Positions 39,944 to 49,680 of a stretch of DNA of 61,576 bases are shown here, piece by piece. The position numbers and the translations under genes are program-made. Numbering within the stretch: position 1 is the first letter of the stretch; the number at the start of each line of letters is the position of its first letter. Origin of the DNA: a virus (taxonomy: Duplodnaviria; Caudoviricetes); IMG/VR virus record IMGVR_UViG_3300025289_000029, positions 1 to 61,576 of that record. One strand, written 5' to 3'. The notes below the pieces were generated by a model. That model ran no database searches, was not told where the DNA came from, and worked only from the letters and a program-made list of their open reading frames with translations.

Positions 39944-40132
39944 ATGAAGTACTACTACATTGTTGGCACCGCTCGTATTCGGGGAACGATAGTGGCTGAG
40001 AACGCTGAGCAAGCAGAAGCAGTTGTCAAAAGCCATCTGAACCGTGTCTACGGTGGTGCTGGGTCTCGTTTGGAGGTCAAGGTTATAGACATATATGCCC
40101 ACTCAAAAGGGAAGGTAGGAGAGACGGAATGA
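39944..40132 (+). CDS. Hypothetical protein
   Basis: Small ORF within operon. Confidence 0.45.
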   Translation: MKYYYIVGTARIRGTIVAENAEQAEAVVKSHLNRVYGGAGSRLEVKVIDIYAHSKGKVGETE

Positions 40133-40434
40133 GCAAGCACGCAGCGGGGCCGTGGTCTTACGCGGCCAGGCTATCAGCCTCCGAGAACCATAAGGGCTTT
40201 GCGCTCTGGCCCGCCACCGGAGGCTCCATCGCTGAGATATACCCTCTTGACCAAGACGGGCGGCAAGGCGAGGCCAACGCCCGCCTGATAGCCGCCGCGC
40301 CTGACCTGCTGGCGGCGCTCAGGGACGCTGTTGATGTTATGGAGCGTAGTCAGCCCCACGAGGGCGGCTACACGTGGCAGCGACTAGAGCGCGCCCGCGC
40401 CGCTATCGCCAGCGTGGAAGGAAGCGACAAATGA
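40129..40434 (+). CDS. Conserved phage hypothetical protein
   Basis: GPW...ANARLIAAAPDLLAAL. Confidence 0.65.
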   Translation: MSKHAAGPWSYAARLSASENHKGFALWPATGGSIAEIYPLDQDGRQGEANARLIAAAPDLLAALRDAVDVMERSQPHEGGYTWQRLERARAAIASVEGSDK

Positions 40435-41171
40435 GACTTCTAGTAGTTGACTTCGATTACTTCGTGCCTGTTATAGAGCGTCCACAGGACGGTGACACTT
40501 GGCCTCTCTATGACTGGGGCCACTCTGAAGCATACGGCAACGGTCTTCAAAGTGCTCTCTGGGACATACGCGCTATGGGGTTTCTCAGGCACGGTTATAA
40601 CCTGCCAACGACCAGCGGTGAAGAGGTCAACTTCTGGTCGCGGTTCGACATCAAGCCCAACGCTCCGTTCTACGTGGCTGATAGTAATGTTCACGCTTAC
40701 GCTCCGAGGGTGCGTAGAGGCGTTACGGACGTGTGGCTGTACGACGCACACCACGACTGTGGCTACAAACAGAAACTCTCTGACATTTTCATGTCAGGCA
40801 AGCTGAGTTGCGAAGACTGGATGATCGGCTACTGGCTGGCCGGTGCAAAGCTGCATGTCCGCTATCCTAAGTGGCGGCGGTATGCTATGACGTTGGAGCC
40901 CAAGCCCAACCTTCAGTATAAGCTCGACCGCAAGGTCGATAACGGCGACGACCTGCCACTACGCTTCGACAAGGTTTTCGTCTGCCGCTCAGGTGCCTGG
41001 GTTCCACCTTGGCTGGATATGGACTTTGTGAAGTTCATCCTGCGGTCAGGACTGCCGATGCCGAAGAAGCTCGATGAGGTGAAGATGCGTAAGTGGAGCT
41101 TGGATAGCGTTTTAGAGTTAATGGAGACTGAGGCGAAGATGCTCCAGAAGGCGAATGAGCTACAAAAATGA
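40431..41171 (+). CDS. Putative metallohydrolase (arginase/UPF0489-like motifs)
   Basis: LVVDFDYF, YDAHHD, FVCRSGAWVPPWLD. Confidence 0.55.
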   Translation: MRLLVVDFDYFVPVIERPQDGDTWPLYDWGHSEAYGNGLQSALWDIRAMGFLRHGYNLPTTSGEEVNFWSRFDIKPNAPFYVADSNVHAYAPRVRRGVTDVWLYDAHHDCGYKQKLSDIFMSGKLSCEDWMIGYWLAGAKLHVRYPKWRRYAMTLEPKPNLQYKLDRKVDNGDDLPLRFDKVFVCRSGAWVPPWLDMDFVKFILRSGLPMPKKLDEVKMRKWSLDSVLELMETEAKMLQKANELQK

Positions 41172-41413
41172 AAACCAAAGAACTTCTAAGGGTACTGGAG
41201 AGGCTTGAGTGGAGCACCCATGCAGACTGTGAAGGGACGGGATTCATGGGAAGTGGGCCTCCGATGCACCCGTATGCTCACCCTGCCTGCCCGCTTTGCG
41301 GAGGACTGAACCCACAGCAGAAGTACCCTAACTGTTTCAACAAGTCCGCCTTGGGGCACCGCCCTGGGTGTTCTCTTTATGATGCCATTGTCACCCTAAA
41401 AGGAAATGCGTAA
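41168..41413 (+). CDS. Hypothetical zinc-binding protein
   Basis: LEWS...CPLCGG...GH..GC.L. Confidence 0.55.
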   Translation: MKTKELLRVLERLEWSTHADCEGTGFMGSGPPMHPYAHPACPLCGGLNPQQKYPNCFNKSALGHRPGCSLYDAIVTLKGNA

Positions 41414-42035
41414 GTATAGAATAGGTGATGTCGTCTTCTGGTGGAGTGGTCAGCGCCGTGTTGTCCAGCGCATCCGCGAGACGAAGCACGGTGGGCATTG
41501 TTACTATGGGCTAAGAATACTCAAGTCTGTAGCGCGCAGTCTGCCGGTCAGGTACACCAACGTCGGCTTCGACGGTCGAGCAGACAAGACACGTATCTAC
41601 TGGGTGCGTTCGGACAGGTTGGCGGCGTTCGACGGCGCAGCAAATAGAACAGGTGAAGCGGGGAGGCCAAAGTTGATAGCAAACAAGGGTCGGCGGCGTA
41701 GCAGTCGAATGGACACCTGTCCGTTCTGCGGTGGGCCTAAATATAAAGTCAGCAAGACTTGTAACGGATGTAGATGGAGACTCCTACCAACGAGGGTTTG
41801 TTCTTCTTGCGGTAAGCGTAAGAGCAGACGAGCAGATATCTGTGCAACCTGTTACGCTGCCCAATCGCGTGTCAGCCCGCAGACTTTGGCGATACTCGAA
41901 GCCCTAGAGCGTGACGCCAAATACGGACGATACGCTCGCGTTGCCAGACAGTTCGGTTTGACCAGAGCTAGGGTTAGTGCTATCGCTGGAGCGCACCGCG
42001 AAGGGTGGAAGGATGCAGAGGAAAAAAGTGGCTGA
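41406..42035 (+). CDS. Zinc-finger/HTH hypothetical protein
   Basis: Four CxxC motifs; VARQFGLTRARVSAI. Confidence 0.55.
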   Translation: MRKYRIGDVVFWWSGQRRVVQRIRETKHGGHCYYGLRILKSVARSLPVRYTNVGFDGRADKTRIYWVRSDRLAAFDGAANRTGEAGRPKLIANKGRRRSSRMDTCPFCGGPKYKVSKTCNGCRWRLLPTRVCSSCGKRKSRRADICATCYAAQSRVSPQTLAILEALERDAKYGRYARVARQFGLTRARVSAIAGAHREGWKDAEEKSG

Positions 42036-42239
42036 AGGGACACATTCATATATCTGCTCAGAGTGCGGTACTTGGTGCAACGACACACCCCTGACGTATG
42101 AGTACCCTGATAGACATCCACACCCTAAAAAGGTGTGCTTGGATATTCTGCGCGCGAGGATGGCCAGAGAGCTTGAACTACTTGGGCGTGGAGTGAGAGA
42201 AACATATGCGTCTATTCAGAAAGTGGAGAGGAGAACGAT

Positions 42240-42587
42240 ATGAGTTTCGTTGCCGACTTAGAGCGCATGCCGTCAATACTTAACCGGCGTCCGCTCACTG
42301 ATGGCGAGAGGGCTGCGATTCTGAGAAAGCAAGCGGAAGCACTTATCCGCCATCTCTACAACCCACATCCCGAATATGGTTGGCGGGTGAGTAGCCGCGC
42401 TGATCAGTTTAAGGGCGAAACTATCAACTGGGGGGACTTACACGTCGTTCTTGTTGAACCAATGGAGGACGGGTCGTTCATTGTTACCATTGAAGAGGCC
42501 AGCCATGATTGCCCTCTATTCACTGCCTGGATGGAGAAATGGTTACTAGACTGGGGTTGGAAGTGTGAGGTTAGGACGGAGTGGTGA
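42240..42587 (+). CDS. Hypothetical protein
   Basis: INWGDL...IEEAS..C; RBS. Confidence 0.55.
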   Translation: MSFVADLERMPSILNRRPLTDGERAAILRKQAEALIRHLYNPHPEYGWRVSSRADQFKGETINWGDLHVVLVEPMEDGSFIVTIEEASHDCPLFTAWMEKWLLDWGWKCEVRTEW

Positions 42588-43264
42588 TTGCACTGTTTCT
42601 ACTCTCCCATCGTCAAATCCGACTGCTCTATCGAAACCCTACCGTTGCTGTCTGGTATATAGTCTTACCCATCCTTCTCATTGTCATTGTGATGCCGGTA
42701 ATGAAGGTCGTCGTAGTGGACAGTCCGGCCCAAGTCATACCAGGGTTCACGCTGATGTTTTCCGCTTTTCTGTCTACAACGCTCGCTGGCCGAATCGTGC
42801 GCGACAGGCAAAGTGGTGTCTGGCGGTGGTTTATGACAACGCCTACGTCTCCGTTTATTATCATCACCGCGCCCGCTCTAGCCGTGCTCAGTTTGGGTGT
42901 TCTACAAACTGGGACTGCGTTGGCGTTCGGGAGTATGTTCTACGGTCTGCACGGAGTTCGTATTGGTCTGTTTGCTTTCCTTGCGATACCGATAGGCGCA
43001 GGGCTGTTACTTGCCAGCCTGACCGATGACCTAGCGTTGCAGGCAAACGTCCTTAACCCGTTGGCCCTTGTGTCGTCTGTGCTCGGCGGTGCTGTGATAC
43101 CTTTATCCACACAACCGAGCTGGCTACAGTTTGCAGCGCGGTTCAGTCCTCACTACTACGGAATGGATTCAAGTTTTCTGAGTATGGTGGTCTTGCTCGG
43201 AGGCGGCGCATCACTCTCACTATTTGCCGCATTTAGACTCAGGAAACTGACTTGGCCCGTTTAA
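42581..43264 (+). CDS. ABC-2 type transporter permease (orphan)
   Basis: About 6 TM; IPGF..MF; IVRDRQSG...TP; LGG...P....PSWLQ..A..SP..Y. Confidence 0.75.
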   Translation: MVIALFLLSHRQIRLLYRNPTVAVWYIVLPILLIVIVMPVMKVVVVDSPAQVIPGFTLMFSAFLSTTLAGRIVRDRQSGVWRWFMTTPTSPFIIITAPALAVLSLGVLQTGTALAFGSMFYGLHGVRIGLFAFLAIPIGAGLLLASLTDDLALQANVLNPLALVSSVLGGAVIPLSTQPSWLQFAARFSPHYYGMDSSFLSMVVLLGGGASLSLFAAFRLRKLTWPV

Positions 43265-43575
43265 AATTAGCCTCCTGCAAACTGCCAATCTTTCGGTTAA
43301 TGGGTGCGTCAACGTTGGAAAAGGGTCGGTTTGGTAGTTATATCAACCAACCGCCAACTGCTCACTGTTGTCGAAATCAAAGCTGGCAGAGCCTCGCGCT
43401 GGCTCAGGCGCTGTGCCAGACGAGAACAACGGTGGCAGCACCAACGTTGGCACAGCGCCGACCGGCGTGGCCGCCGTCGCCAATGTTGTCGGCCCCACCC
43501 GCCAGCGTGAACCGTCAGCCACCTTTGACACAGCCATGTTCGTATCGCTGGGAGGGTAGGGTTAATTGCTAACTG
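43255..43575. repeat. Non-coding region with CCAACGTTGG-like motifs
   Basis: CCAACGTTGG 43441, CCAATGTTG 43480, TCAACGTTGG 43309. Confidence 0.55.
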
Positions 43576-43589
43576 GACAGCCTGGACTA

Positions 43590-43618
43590 TTGACATTCGA
43601 CCCCGGCTGTGCTAAACT
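43590..43618 (+). promoter_or_regulatory. Sigma70 promoter
   Basis: TTGACA-17-TAAACT with a TG upstream of the -10. Confidence 0.65.
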
Positions 43619-43997
43619 ATCCATAGTTCAAGAGAGAGGAGGAGGCCCAAGCTAGAGGGCCAACAACAGGATAGGGAGTGGCAACGGGAACCGACGAGAA
43701 GGCCCAAGAAGAGCCGAACCCGCGCCTGCGAAGCGACGACCACAACTCATGTGACGGCTGCCAGCGGCGGTAGTAGGAAAACCCACTGACAGCAAAGGCC
43801 GACTCAGAACCCACCCTGACCTGCGCTCGATCCCACATAGACCTGACAACGGCCCGCAGGCAGGCCGAGGCGAATGGGATGCTCGCCCGTCGGGAAGCGG
43901 TTATAGCTACACCAAAAGCTGAAGGACAGAAACAGAACGCCAGCGTCCGTCTGCGCTGGGAAACACACAAGCGAATCTTAATAGAAAGGAGTCCAAC

Positions 43998-44369
43998 ATG
44001 ACAGATAATGGAACCGTCCACGTCACGGGCGAAGTCGTCAGTGTCAAGCCGAAGTGGGATCGCTTTGACAAGAACGCTGTTGGCGTCGTCGTCAAGGCTG
44101 ACAACAAGCCGTTCTGGTTCAGGTGGTCTCCGCAACGGGGAGCGTTGAACCAGGGTGATACCGTCGAGCTAACTGGCAACGTCACCGGACAGGGTGAGCC
44201 CAAGAAGAAAGGCGACCCACCGATGACGTTCCTGAGTGGAGTCCAGATAGTCGGGACAGAGTGCGGCCACGCAGTCGTCACGAACCAAGGTGGTGTCTAC
44301 TACTGTGACTCGTGTGGGACACCGATGACGGTCGCGCCTACCGCCAGCCTCGAAGCACCCCGACCGTAA
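43998..44369 (+). CDS. OB-fold-like + zinc-ribbon protein
   Basis: VTGEVVSVK...GDTVELTGNV...CGH...CDSCG; strong RBS. Confidence 0.6.
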   Translation: MTDNGTVHVTGEVVSVKPKWDRFDKNAVGVVVKADNKPFWFRWSPQRGALNQGDTVELTGNVTGQGEPKKKGDPPMTFLSGVQIVGTECGHAVVTNQGGVYYCDSCGTPMTVAPTASLEAPRP

Positions 44370-44403
44370 CCAACGTCTGTAACCAACAGAAAGGGAAACT
44401 CCA

Positions 44404-44556
44404 ATGCCGAACAAGCTCAGTGCCGAGTCCACTATGTTCGCTGACCTCCGCGACTTCTTCTCCACACCGGAGAGGCCGCTGACCATCCAAGAGGTCAACG
44501 AGCTAACCGCCACTGAACTCAAGGAGCTTCTCACCGCCATTCGCGCGGCGAAGTAG
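44404..44556 (+). CDS. 50-aa hypothetical protein (not in ORF track)
   Basis: MPNKLSAESTMFADLRDFF...IRAAK*; RBS gaaaggga. Confidence 0.6.
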   Translation: MPNKLSAESTMFADLRDFFSTPERPLTIQEVNELTATELKELLTAIRAAK

Positions 44557-44598
44557 CCTTCGAGCCAACACAGTCTAACAACAGAAAGGGAACCAACA

Positions 44599-45630
44599 AT
44601 GAACGAGTACCCATGCGAGAACGACTGCGGGGTCAACCCGTTTCCGAACCAGTCCCTACTCGACCTCCATATGCGGGACTTCTGCCCGAAGCGTTACGCT
44701 GACCAGCCCGCTACTGGGGAGGTAGTCGTGCCGCTGCAACAGTCTCACCTGGATGTCGAGACCAGCGCACAGTTCCTCTACCCGAAGCCAGTCGCAGGTC
44801 TACGGATAGAGGCTCCTGTCAAGGCCAAGATAGAGCGCATCCTCAAGGCCGCCGAGCAGACTGGTGAGCCGCAGAACCTGCTACTCATCGGGCCGTCGGG
44901 CTGCGCCAAGACGACGCTCGCATTCCACATCGCAGGGATGCTAGGCCGACCGCTGGCGAAAATCAACATGCAGATGATAACCGAGGCCAGTCAGGTCTAC
45001 GGTTTCCGCGAGGCCAACGCTGTCGAGGGAACGACCTACAAGCTCGGTCAGTTTCCCATCGCTGTCAGCACCGAAGGCTGTATCGTCCTTCTGGATGACG
45101 TAGCGCACGTTCACGACAGAACGATTACCAACGGTCTACTGCCTGCGCTGGACTTCACCCGTGTCGTCTGGATCGACTACCTCGGTGAGTTCATAAAGGT
45201 CGCTCCCAAGGTCATCATCATCGGCACGGGCAACCAGGGCTATCAGTACGGTGGCGCGACGAAGCTCGACCGCGCAGTGGTCAGCCGTTTCGAGAACCGT
45301 ATCTACATGAGCCACCCACCGGAAGATGTCGTGGTTGATATCCTGACCGAGCGGACAGGCATCAACGCCAGCGACGCTCAGAGGTTGGCTCGGTTCGCCA
45401 AGCTGCTGCGCGACGCCCGTGCTCCAGTCGAGGTCGATATGCGTGGTCTGCTCGCCGCCGCGAAGGATATGGCTTACGGCGCAAGCTACTTCGATGCCGT
45501 GACCTACACGCTTCTGGGCGATCTCGATGAGCAGAAGATGGAGGACATCAAGTTCAAGATTTCCGACAGTATGACCGAAGCGGAGAACGCGGCAGCCAGC
45601 AAGGACATTCGGTGGGAGGTGTGGCGTTGA
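44599..45630 (+). CDS. MoxR/CbbQ/CobS-like AAA+ ATPase with N-terminal C2HC finger
   Basis: GPSGCAKT, LLDDV, GTGN.G..Y.G...LDRA..SRF. Confidence 0.85.
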   Translation: MNEYPCENDCGVNPFPNQSLLDLHMRDFCPKRYADQPATGEVVVPLQQSHLDVETSAQFLYPKPVAGLRIEAPVKAKIERILKAAEQTGEPQNLLLIGPSGCAKTTLAFHIAGMLGRPLAKINMQMITEASQVYGFREANAVEGTTYKLGQFPIAVSTEGCIVLLDDVAHVHDRTITNGLLPALDFTRVVWIDYLGEFIKVAPKVIIIGTGNQGYQYGGATKLDRAVVSRFENRIYMSHPPEDVVVDILTERTGINASDAQRLARFAKLLRDARAPVEVDMRGLLAAAKDMAYGASYFDAVTYTLLGDLDEQKMEDIKFKISDSMTEAENAAASKDIRWEVWR

Positions 45631-45718
45631 GCACCGACGAGCGCATCGTGGCGGTAGCGGTCTTGCTGGTGGTAATCGCGTTCACCGTCATCAGTCTGGT
45701 AGAAAGGTGGTGATATAG

Positions 45719-47731
45719 ATGACAACAGAAGACGCCAAGAAGTACATGGCAGGTGAGGCAATCAGCCGTGTCTGGCGAGTACGCTCTAGCAGTGACGAAG
45801 TAGTGGAACTCAAGTACCTGCTGGAGAATATGCAGGACGCCGCTGAGCTTCTGGGCCGGTCGCAGGACTTCCGTATCATCTGGTCAGGGATGGAGAACCT
45901 TCCTGGCTACACAGACTACGGCAAGAAGGTCGTGGGGATGAGCTACGGCTTCGTCAAGAACGAGCCGTTCCCACTGGAGCCTAAGCTCGTGGATGTCCTG
46001 ATAGGTGTCCTACAGCACGAGATGGGACACGTCCGGCAGGGAAACATCTGGGCCTACGAGCCTATCCGTGGCCGTCGGGCTCGCGGACGCCGGATGGGAA
46101 ATAAGGTCTACGAGACGGTCGTCAGCCGTCATCAGGTCTACCCACCTGTTCAGTTAAACCAGTACGAGCGTCGGGCTCACGGCATTCTGGCTGACGTGAA
46201 TATCGACACTGCCATGATTCGAGAGCACACGTTGCGTGGCGCTTACATCATGCGTGGCCGTCAGTATTTCGCGTCTGACCCGCGACACGCTCAGGTGTTG
46301 AACGACCTCATCAACCAGCCGGAGCCGCTTGATTGGTTTGCCGTTACGGTTCTCTGGTCGGCGTTGCAGGTCTACTACGACAACACGGTCGTTGGCAAAC
46401 TCACAAGCCGACCGGACTTCCTGGCCCTAGCCGACATTCTGGGGAAGCTCAACGAGCTAAGCATCGCCGCTGGTCAGTTGACTATCGACGACCTGATGGA
46501 CAACGAGACGCTGAAGAAGCTGATACTGGATGCAGGTCGCATCCTTGAGGACTATGACAGTCAGCAGCGGCAGGGTCAGCAACCACAGCAAGGCCAGTCT
46601 CAACAGCCGTCGCTTATCAGCAGTGGTGGCACTCAGGCTCAGAGCCAGAAAGGAGAGGACGATGACCAAAAGCAGGAAAGCGAAACAGCAGACCAGGAGA
46701 GTGCGTCGGGCAGTGGTGAGGGCGAGGACGAGGCGGACGCAGATGGAGACGACGGTGGAGAAGAAGAAGGTGGCGAAGACCAAGCAGTCGGAGAAGATGG
46801 CTCGCAGACAGGCACGACGGGAGAAGATGGCGACGCCACCGGAAGTGATGACTCCCACGGTCACGGCCACGGATGCCTGATGCAGCTTGACGCTGGAGAT
46901 GTGCCGATGCCGGAGGACTTGGCAGAGGCCGTGTTCCAGGCTGTCGAACAGGAAGTCGAGGACGTGTCAGAGCTGGTCGGCTGTGGTTTCAAGAGCCGCC
47001 GTCCAGGTGTTGACCACGAGCGGGTGAAGTCCATCACCGAGGGTAAGGTTGGCGAGCTACAAGAGTCCATCGACATCCTGACTGAGATAGCGACACAGCG
47101 GACGTTGGGGACTAACCACGGCAATCTCTCCGAAGAGTTACTGTGGAAGCTGGGCACCGGAGAGGACAACGTGTTTGAGCGCCAGAACGTCGTTAGCGAA
47201 GTGAGTCTGCGTCTAGGTCTCGTGGTCGATATCTCAGGCTCCATCTACGACGCTCAGTGGGTGATTATGCAGGACACCATCGACGCCTTCATCGAGGCGT
47301 TTGGGCATCGGCATGACATAGACCTACTGGTGTCGGCGTATCACTCCAACGAAGCGTGTCGCATCTGGGAACCTGGGTTCGACTTCCCTTGCTTGCAGGA
47401 CGTTCGGCCCAGCGGGAGCACTCCGACGCTGCCAGCTCTAAAGCTGATGCTGGAGCGCATGAACGAAGTCTGTCAGGAGAGACAGCGAACCATCATCCTG
47501 TCTGTCACCGACGGCGAACCTAATACTGGTGGCAGCGAGCCCTACGTTCGTCAGTGGGTAACGGAAGTGCAGCATGAGCATGATGGGTTGCTACAGGTCA
47601 TCGGTGTTGGCGTAGGCGTGGCAGAGTCCACGCTCAGCAATCAGTACGACCGTTGGTTGTGCGTCAAGTCCTTCAGTGAGCTACCCGCCAAGCTGAAGGA
47701 ACTGATGCTACAGATTCTATTGGAGGGTTGA
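45719..47731 (+). CDS. CobT-like VWA protein with HExxH domain and acidic linker
   Basis: HEMGH; D/E/G-rich linker; MIDAS DISGS, GSTPT, TDGEP. Confidence 0.85.
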   Translation: MTTEDAKKYMAGEAISRVWRVRSSSDEVVELKYLLENMQDAAELLGRSQDFRIIWSGMENLPGYTDYGKKVVGMSYGFVKNEPFPLEPKLVDVLIGVLQHEMGHVRQGNIWAYEPIRGRRARGRRMGNKVYETVVSRHQVYPPVQLNQYERRAHGILADVNIDTAMIREHTLRGAYIMRGRQYFASDPRHAQVLNDLINQPEPLDWFAVTVLWSALQVYYDNTVVGKLTSRPDFLALADILGKLNELSIAAGQLTIDDLMDNETLKKLILDAGRILEDYDSQQRQGQQPQQGQSQQPSLISSGGTQAQSQKGEDDDQKQESETADQESASGSGEGEDEADADGDDGGEEEGGEDQAVGEDGSQTGTTGEDGDATGSDDSHGHGHGCLMQLDAGDVPMPEDLAEAVFQAVEQEVEDVSELVGCGFKSRRPGVDHERVKSITEGKVGELQESIDILTEIATQRTLGTNHGNLSEELLWKLGTGEDNVFERQNVVSEVSLRLGLVVDISGSIYDAQWVIMQDTIDAFIEAFGHRHDIDLLVSAYHSNEACRIWEPGFDFPCLQDVRPSGSTPTLPALKLMLERMNEVCQERQRTIILSVTDGEPNTGGSEPYVRQWVTEVQHEHDGLLQVIGVGVGVAESTLSNQYDRWLCVKSFSELPAKLKELMLQILLEG

Positions 47732-47734
47732 AAC

Positions 47735-47959
47735 ATGAAAAAGACAATCGTGGTCAGTCCGTTCGACAACATCACAGTAATGGGGCCAGACGGCGCTAGA
47801 ACCTTCTTGATAGTGGTCAAGTTGAAGAAGGGGGGTTTGCGATGGGGGGCGGTCGTTGACAGGGAAAAACTGGTTGAGCTTCGGGATGCTCTGACGGAGG
47901 TGTTGGATAGCAGCGACGAGTCGCGCTACCACAACCTCGTCGCACTACTGGAAGGATAG
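47735..47959 (+). CDS. Hypothetical protein
   Basis: RBS ggagg. Confidence 0.5.
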   Translation: MKKTIVVSPFDNITVMGPDGARTFLIVVKLKKGGLRWGAVVDREKLVELRDALTEVLDSSDESRYHNLVALLEG

Positions 47960-47967
47960 GTGAAAAC

Positions 47968-48213
47968 ATGAAAGCACCAAGCGAAATGACCGACCAGGAG
48001 TTCATCGAGGCCGACGTGGGCTGGCTACATTACCCAATGTGTCCTGTCAAGAAGCGCGACGGCAAAACCGTCGGCGTCATTATGACGGGTCTCAAGACCA
48101 GAGTTTACTTAGTCAACATCTGGGATCACCTGACGCTGGCGAAGGACGATATCCCATTCAAGGACTACGCCTCCATCGAGGCGTTGGTCGCAGACGGGTG
48201 GGTGGTGGACTGA
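47968..48213 (+). CDS. Hypothetical protein
   Basis: W..YP.CPVK...DGWVVD. Confidence 0.55.
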   Translation: MKAPSEMTDQEFIEADVGWLHYPMCPVKKRDGKTVGVIMTGLKTRVYLVNIWDHLTLAKDDIPFKDYASIEALVADGWVVD

Positions 48214-48214
48214 G

Positions 48215-48457
48215 ATGGCCAAGAGCGGTGAGTGGCAGTTAGATAAACCACAGCCTGAGCCTATGCGACCAGTTGACGCGCTTCATGCGTATCTGCTGGA
48301 CTTCTTCGGCATCCCGCGTCTGGAGCTGTCAGAGGTGGCAGGGCCGCCGCCTGATGTTGACCTGACTCTGGCCGAGCACGATGAGGCTGAGGAGACCCGA
48401 CCGTTCTGGAACGCGGGCTCTAACGTCGCACAGCCTGGGGACGAGCCTCTGACGTAA
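48215..48457 (+). CDS. Hypothetical protein
   Basis: Coupled ORF. Confidence 0.45.
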   Translation: MAKSGEWQLDKPQPEPMRPVDALHAYLLDFFGIPRLELSEVAGPPPDVDLTLAEHDEAEETRPFWNAGSNVAQPGDEPLT

Positions 48458-48506
48458 ACCTCAGTGGCCGAAACCGATTTTCAATCTGAACTGGTAGTAG
48501 GAGGTA

Positions 48507-48740
48507 TTGACAATGATAACATCCCAAGAATGTCTGTTCGCAGAATGTAACGTTCAGCCAGCCTACGGGCCGTTCTGTAAGATAACCTGGGAAGTGCCTT
48601 ACTGTGACGGCTGTAAGCGCCACGCCGCCGAGCTTTGGGCGGTTCAAGGCTGGCTGTTCTGCATAAAGTGCTTCCCTCTCTGGATCGTTGGGGGAGATAT
48701 CCCCCCGTTTCTACCCAGATATCCGCAGAGGGCTACGTAG
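48507..48740 (+). CDS. Cys-rich hypothetical protein
   Basis: CDGC...FCIKC; RBS aggagg. Confidence 0.5.
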   Translation: MTMITSQECLFAECNVQPAYGPFCKITWEVPYCDGCKRHAAELWAVQGWLFCIKCFPLWIVGGDIPPFLPRYPQRAT

Positions 48741-48893
48741 ATGTGGACACTACTGATAGCGGCGCTCATCACTGGCATCTGGTCAGCCGAGCAGAGCCTC
48801 ATCGCCGCGTTCTTCCCAGAACGCAGGCCGCACGGTCAGGACTTCTGGGGAGCAATCACAGTGGGTCTCCTGTTCGCAGCGGCGGTAGTGTGA
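48741..48893 (+). CDS. 50-aa membrane protein (not in ORF track)
   Basis: MWTLLIAALITGIW...VGLLFAAAVV*; abuts both neighbours. Confidence 0.5.
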   Translation: MWTLLIAALITGIWSAEQSLIAAFFPERRPHGQDFWGAITVGLLFAAAVV

Positions 48894-49270
48894 TGTCTAA
48901 GTCCTACGTGTCTCTGGAACAGAAGGTCTGTCTGGTCTGCGCCAAAGCCTTTGACTCCGGCGCTGTCCTTCTGGACACCAGGCTCAAGGACAGCATGGAA
49001 CGGTTTACCGTCACCGGCTGGGACTTGTGTCCCGACGACAAGGCGCGGTATGACGATGGATACATCGCGCTCGTGGAAGCGCGACCACCTACCGAGGGTG
49101 ACACTCTCAAGCCAGACGAGGCGTACCGGCTGAGGCGCATCGTACACATTCGGGAGGCGGTGTTCACCACCATCTTTAACATCCCGCCAAGGCTTGAAGA
49201 TGGGACGATGCTTGCGGTGACGTTCGCTGAGCCAGCAGTTATGGATATGCTGGAGGAGATGTCGAAGTGA
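48893..49270 (+). CDS. Conserved mobile-element hypothetical protein
   Basis: KSYVSLEQKVCLVC...TGWDLCP....DDGYIALVE. Confidence 0.65.
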   Translation: MSKSYVSLEQKVCLVCAKAFDSGAVLLDTRLKDSMERFTVTGWDLCPDDKARYDDGYIALVEARPPTEGDTLKPDEAYRLRRIVHIREAVFTTIFNIPPRLEDGTMLAVTFAEPAVMDMLEEMSK

Positions 49271-49455
49271 GCGCGTTTGGAGGAGGCTTCGTGATGAGAC
49301 GTAAGCCACCTCTACGCATCCGCCTACGCTTCTGGCTCTCACGCCTGCGACACCAACGCGGACACACGTCGTACTGCGACAAGTGTGCCAAGAGGACGAT
49401 GGTGAGCTACAACAAACGCATCGGTAACTGGCCGTTGAAAAGAGTAGTCAAATGA
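49267..49455 (+). CDS. Hypothetical protein
   Basis: Coupled ORF; YCDKC. Confidence 0.45.
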   Translation: MSAFGGGFVMRRKPPLRIRLRFWLSRLRHQRGHTSYCDKCAKRTMVSYNKRIGNWPLKRVVK

Positions 49456-49670
49456 AAAGTTTCTGGAGGGTCTTCTTCGTGGCCACAGACGTTGGCGCGC
49501 TCGGCTTGTTCCTGTTCTGGGAAAACTGGTTCGCAATGGTCTGGGTCGTGATAGCGGCGTTCTGGATGGTGTCGGCGTGGACGTGGAAGGATATTGCAGA
49601 TAAGTGGCGTCGGCGGTCTAAGGTGCTGCTGGAGAAGATGCACGCCGAGCACGACCAAGCCCGACCCTGA
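49452..49670 (+). CDS. Small membrane protein
   Basis: Two Trp-rich hydrophobic segments. Confidence 0.5.
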   Translation: MKSFWRVFFVATDVGALGLFLFWENWFAMVWVVIAAFWMVSAWTWKDIADKWRRRSKVLLEKMHAEHDQARP

Positions 49671-49680
49671 CCTATTAGAT

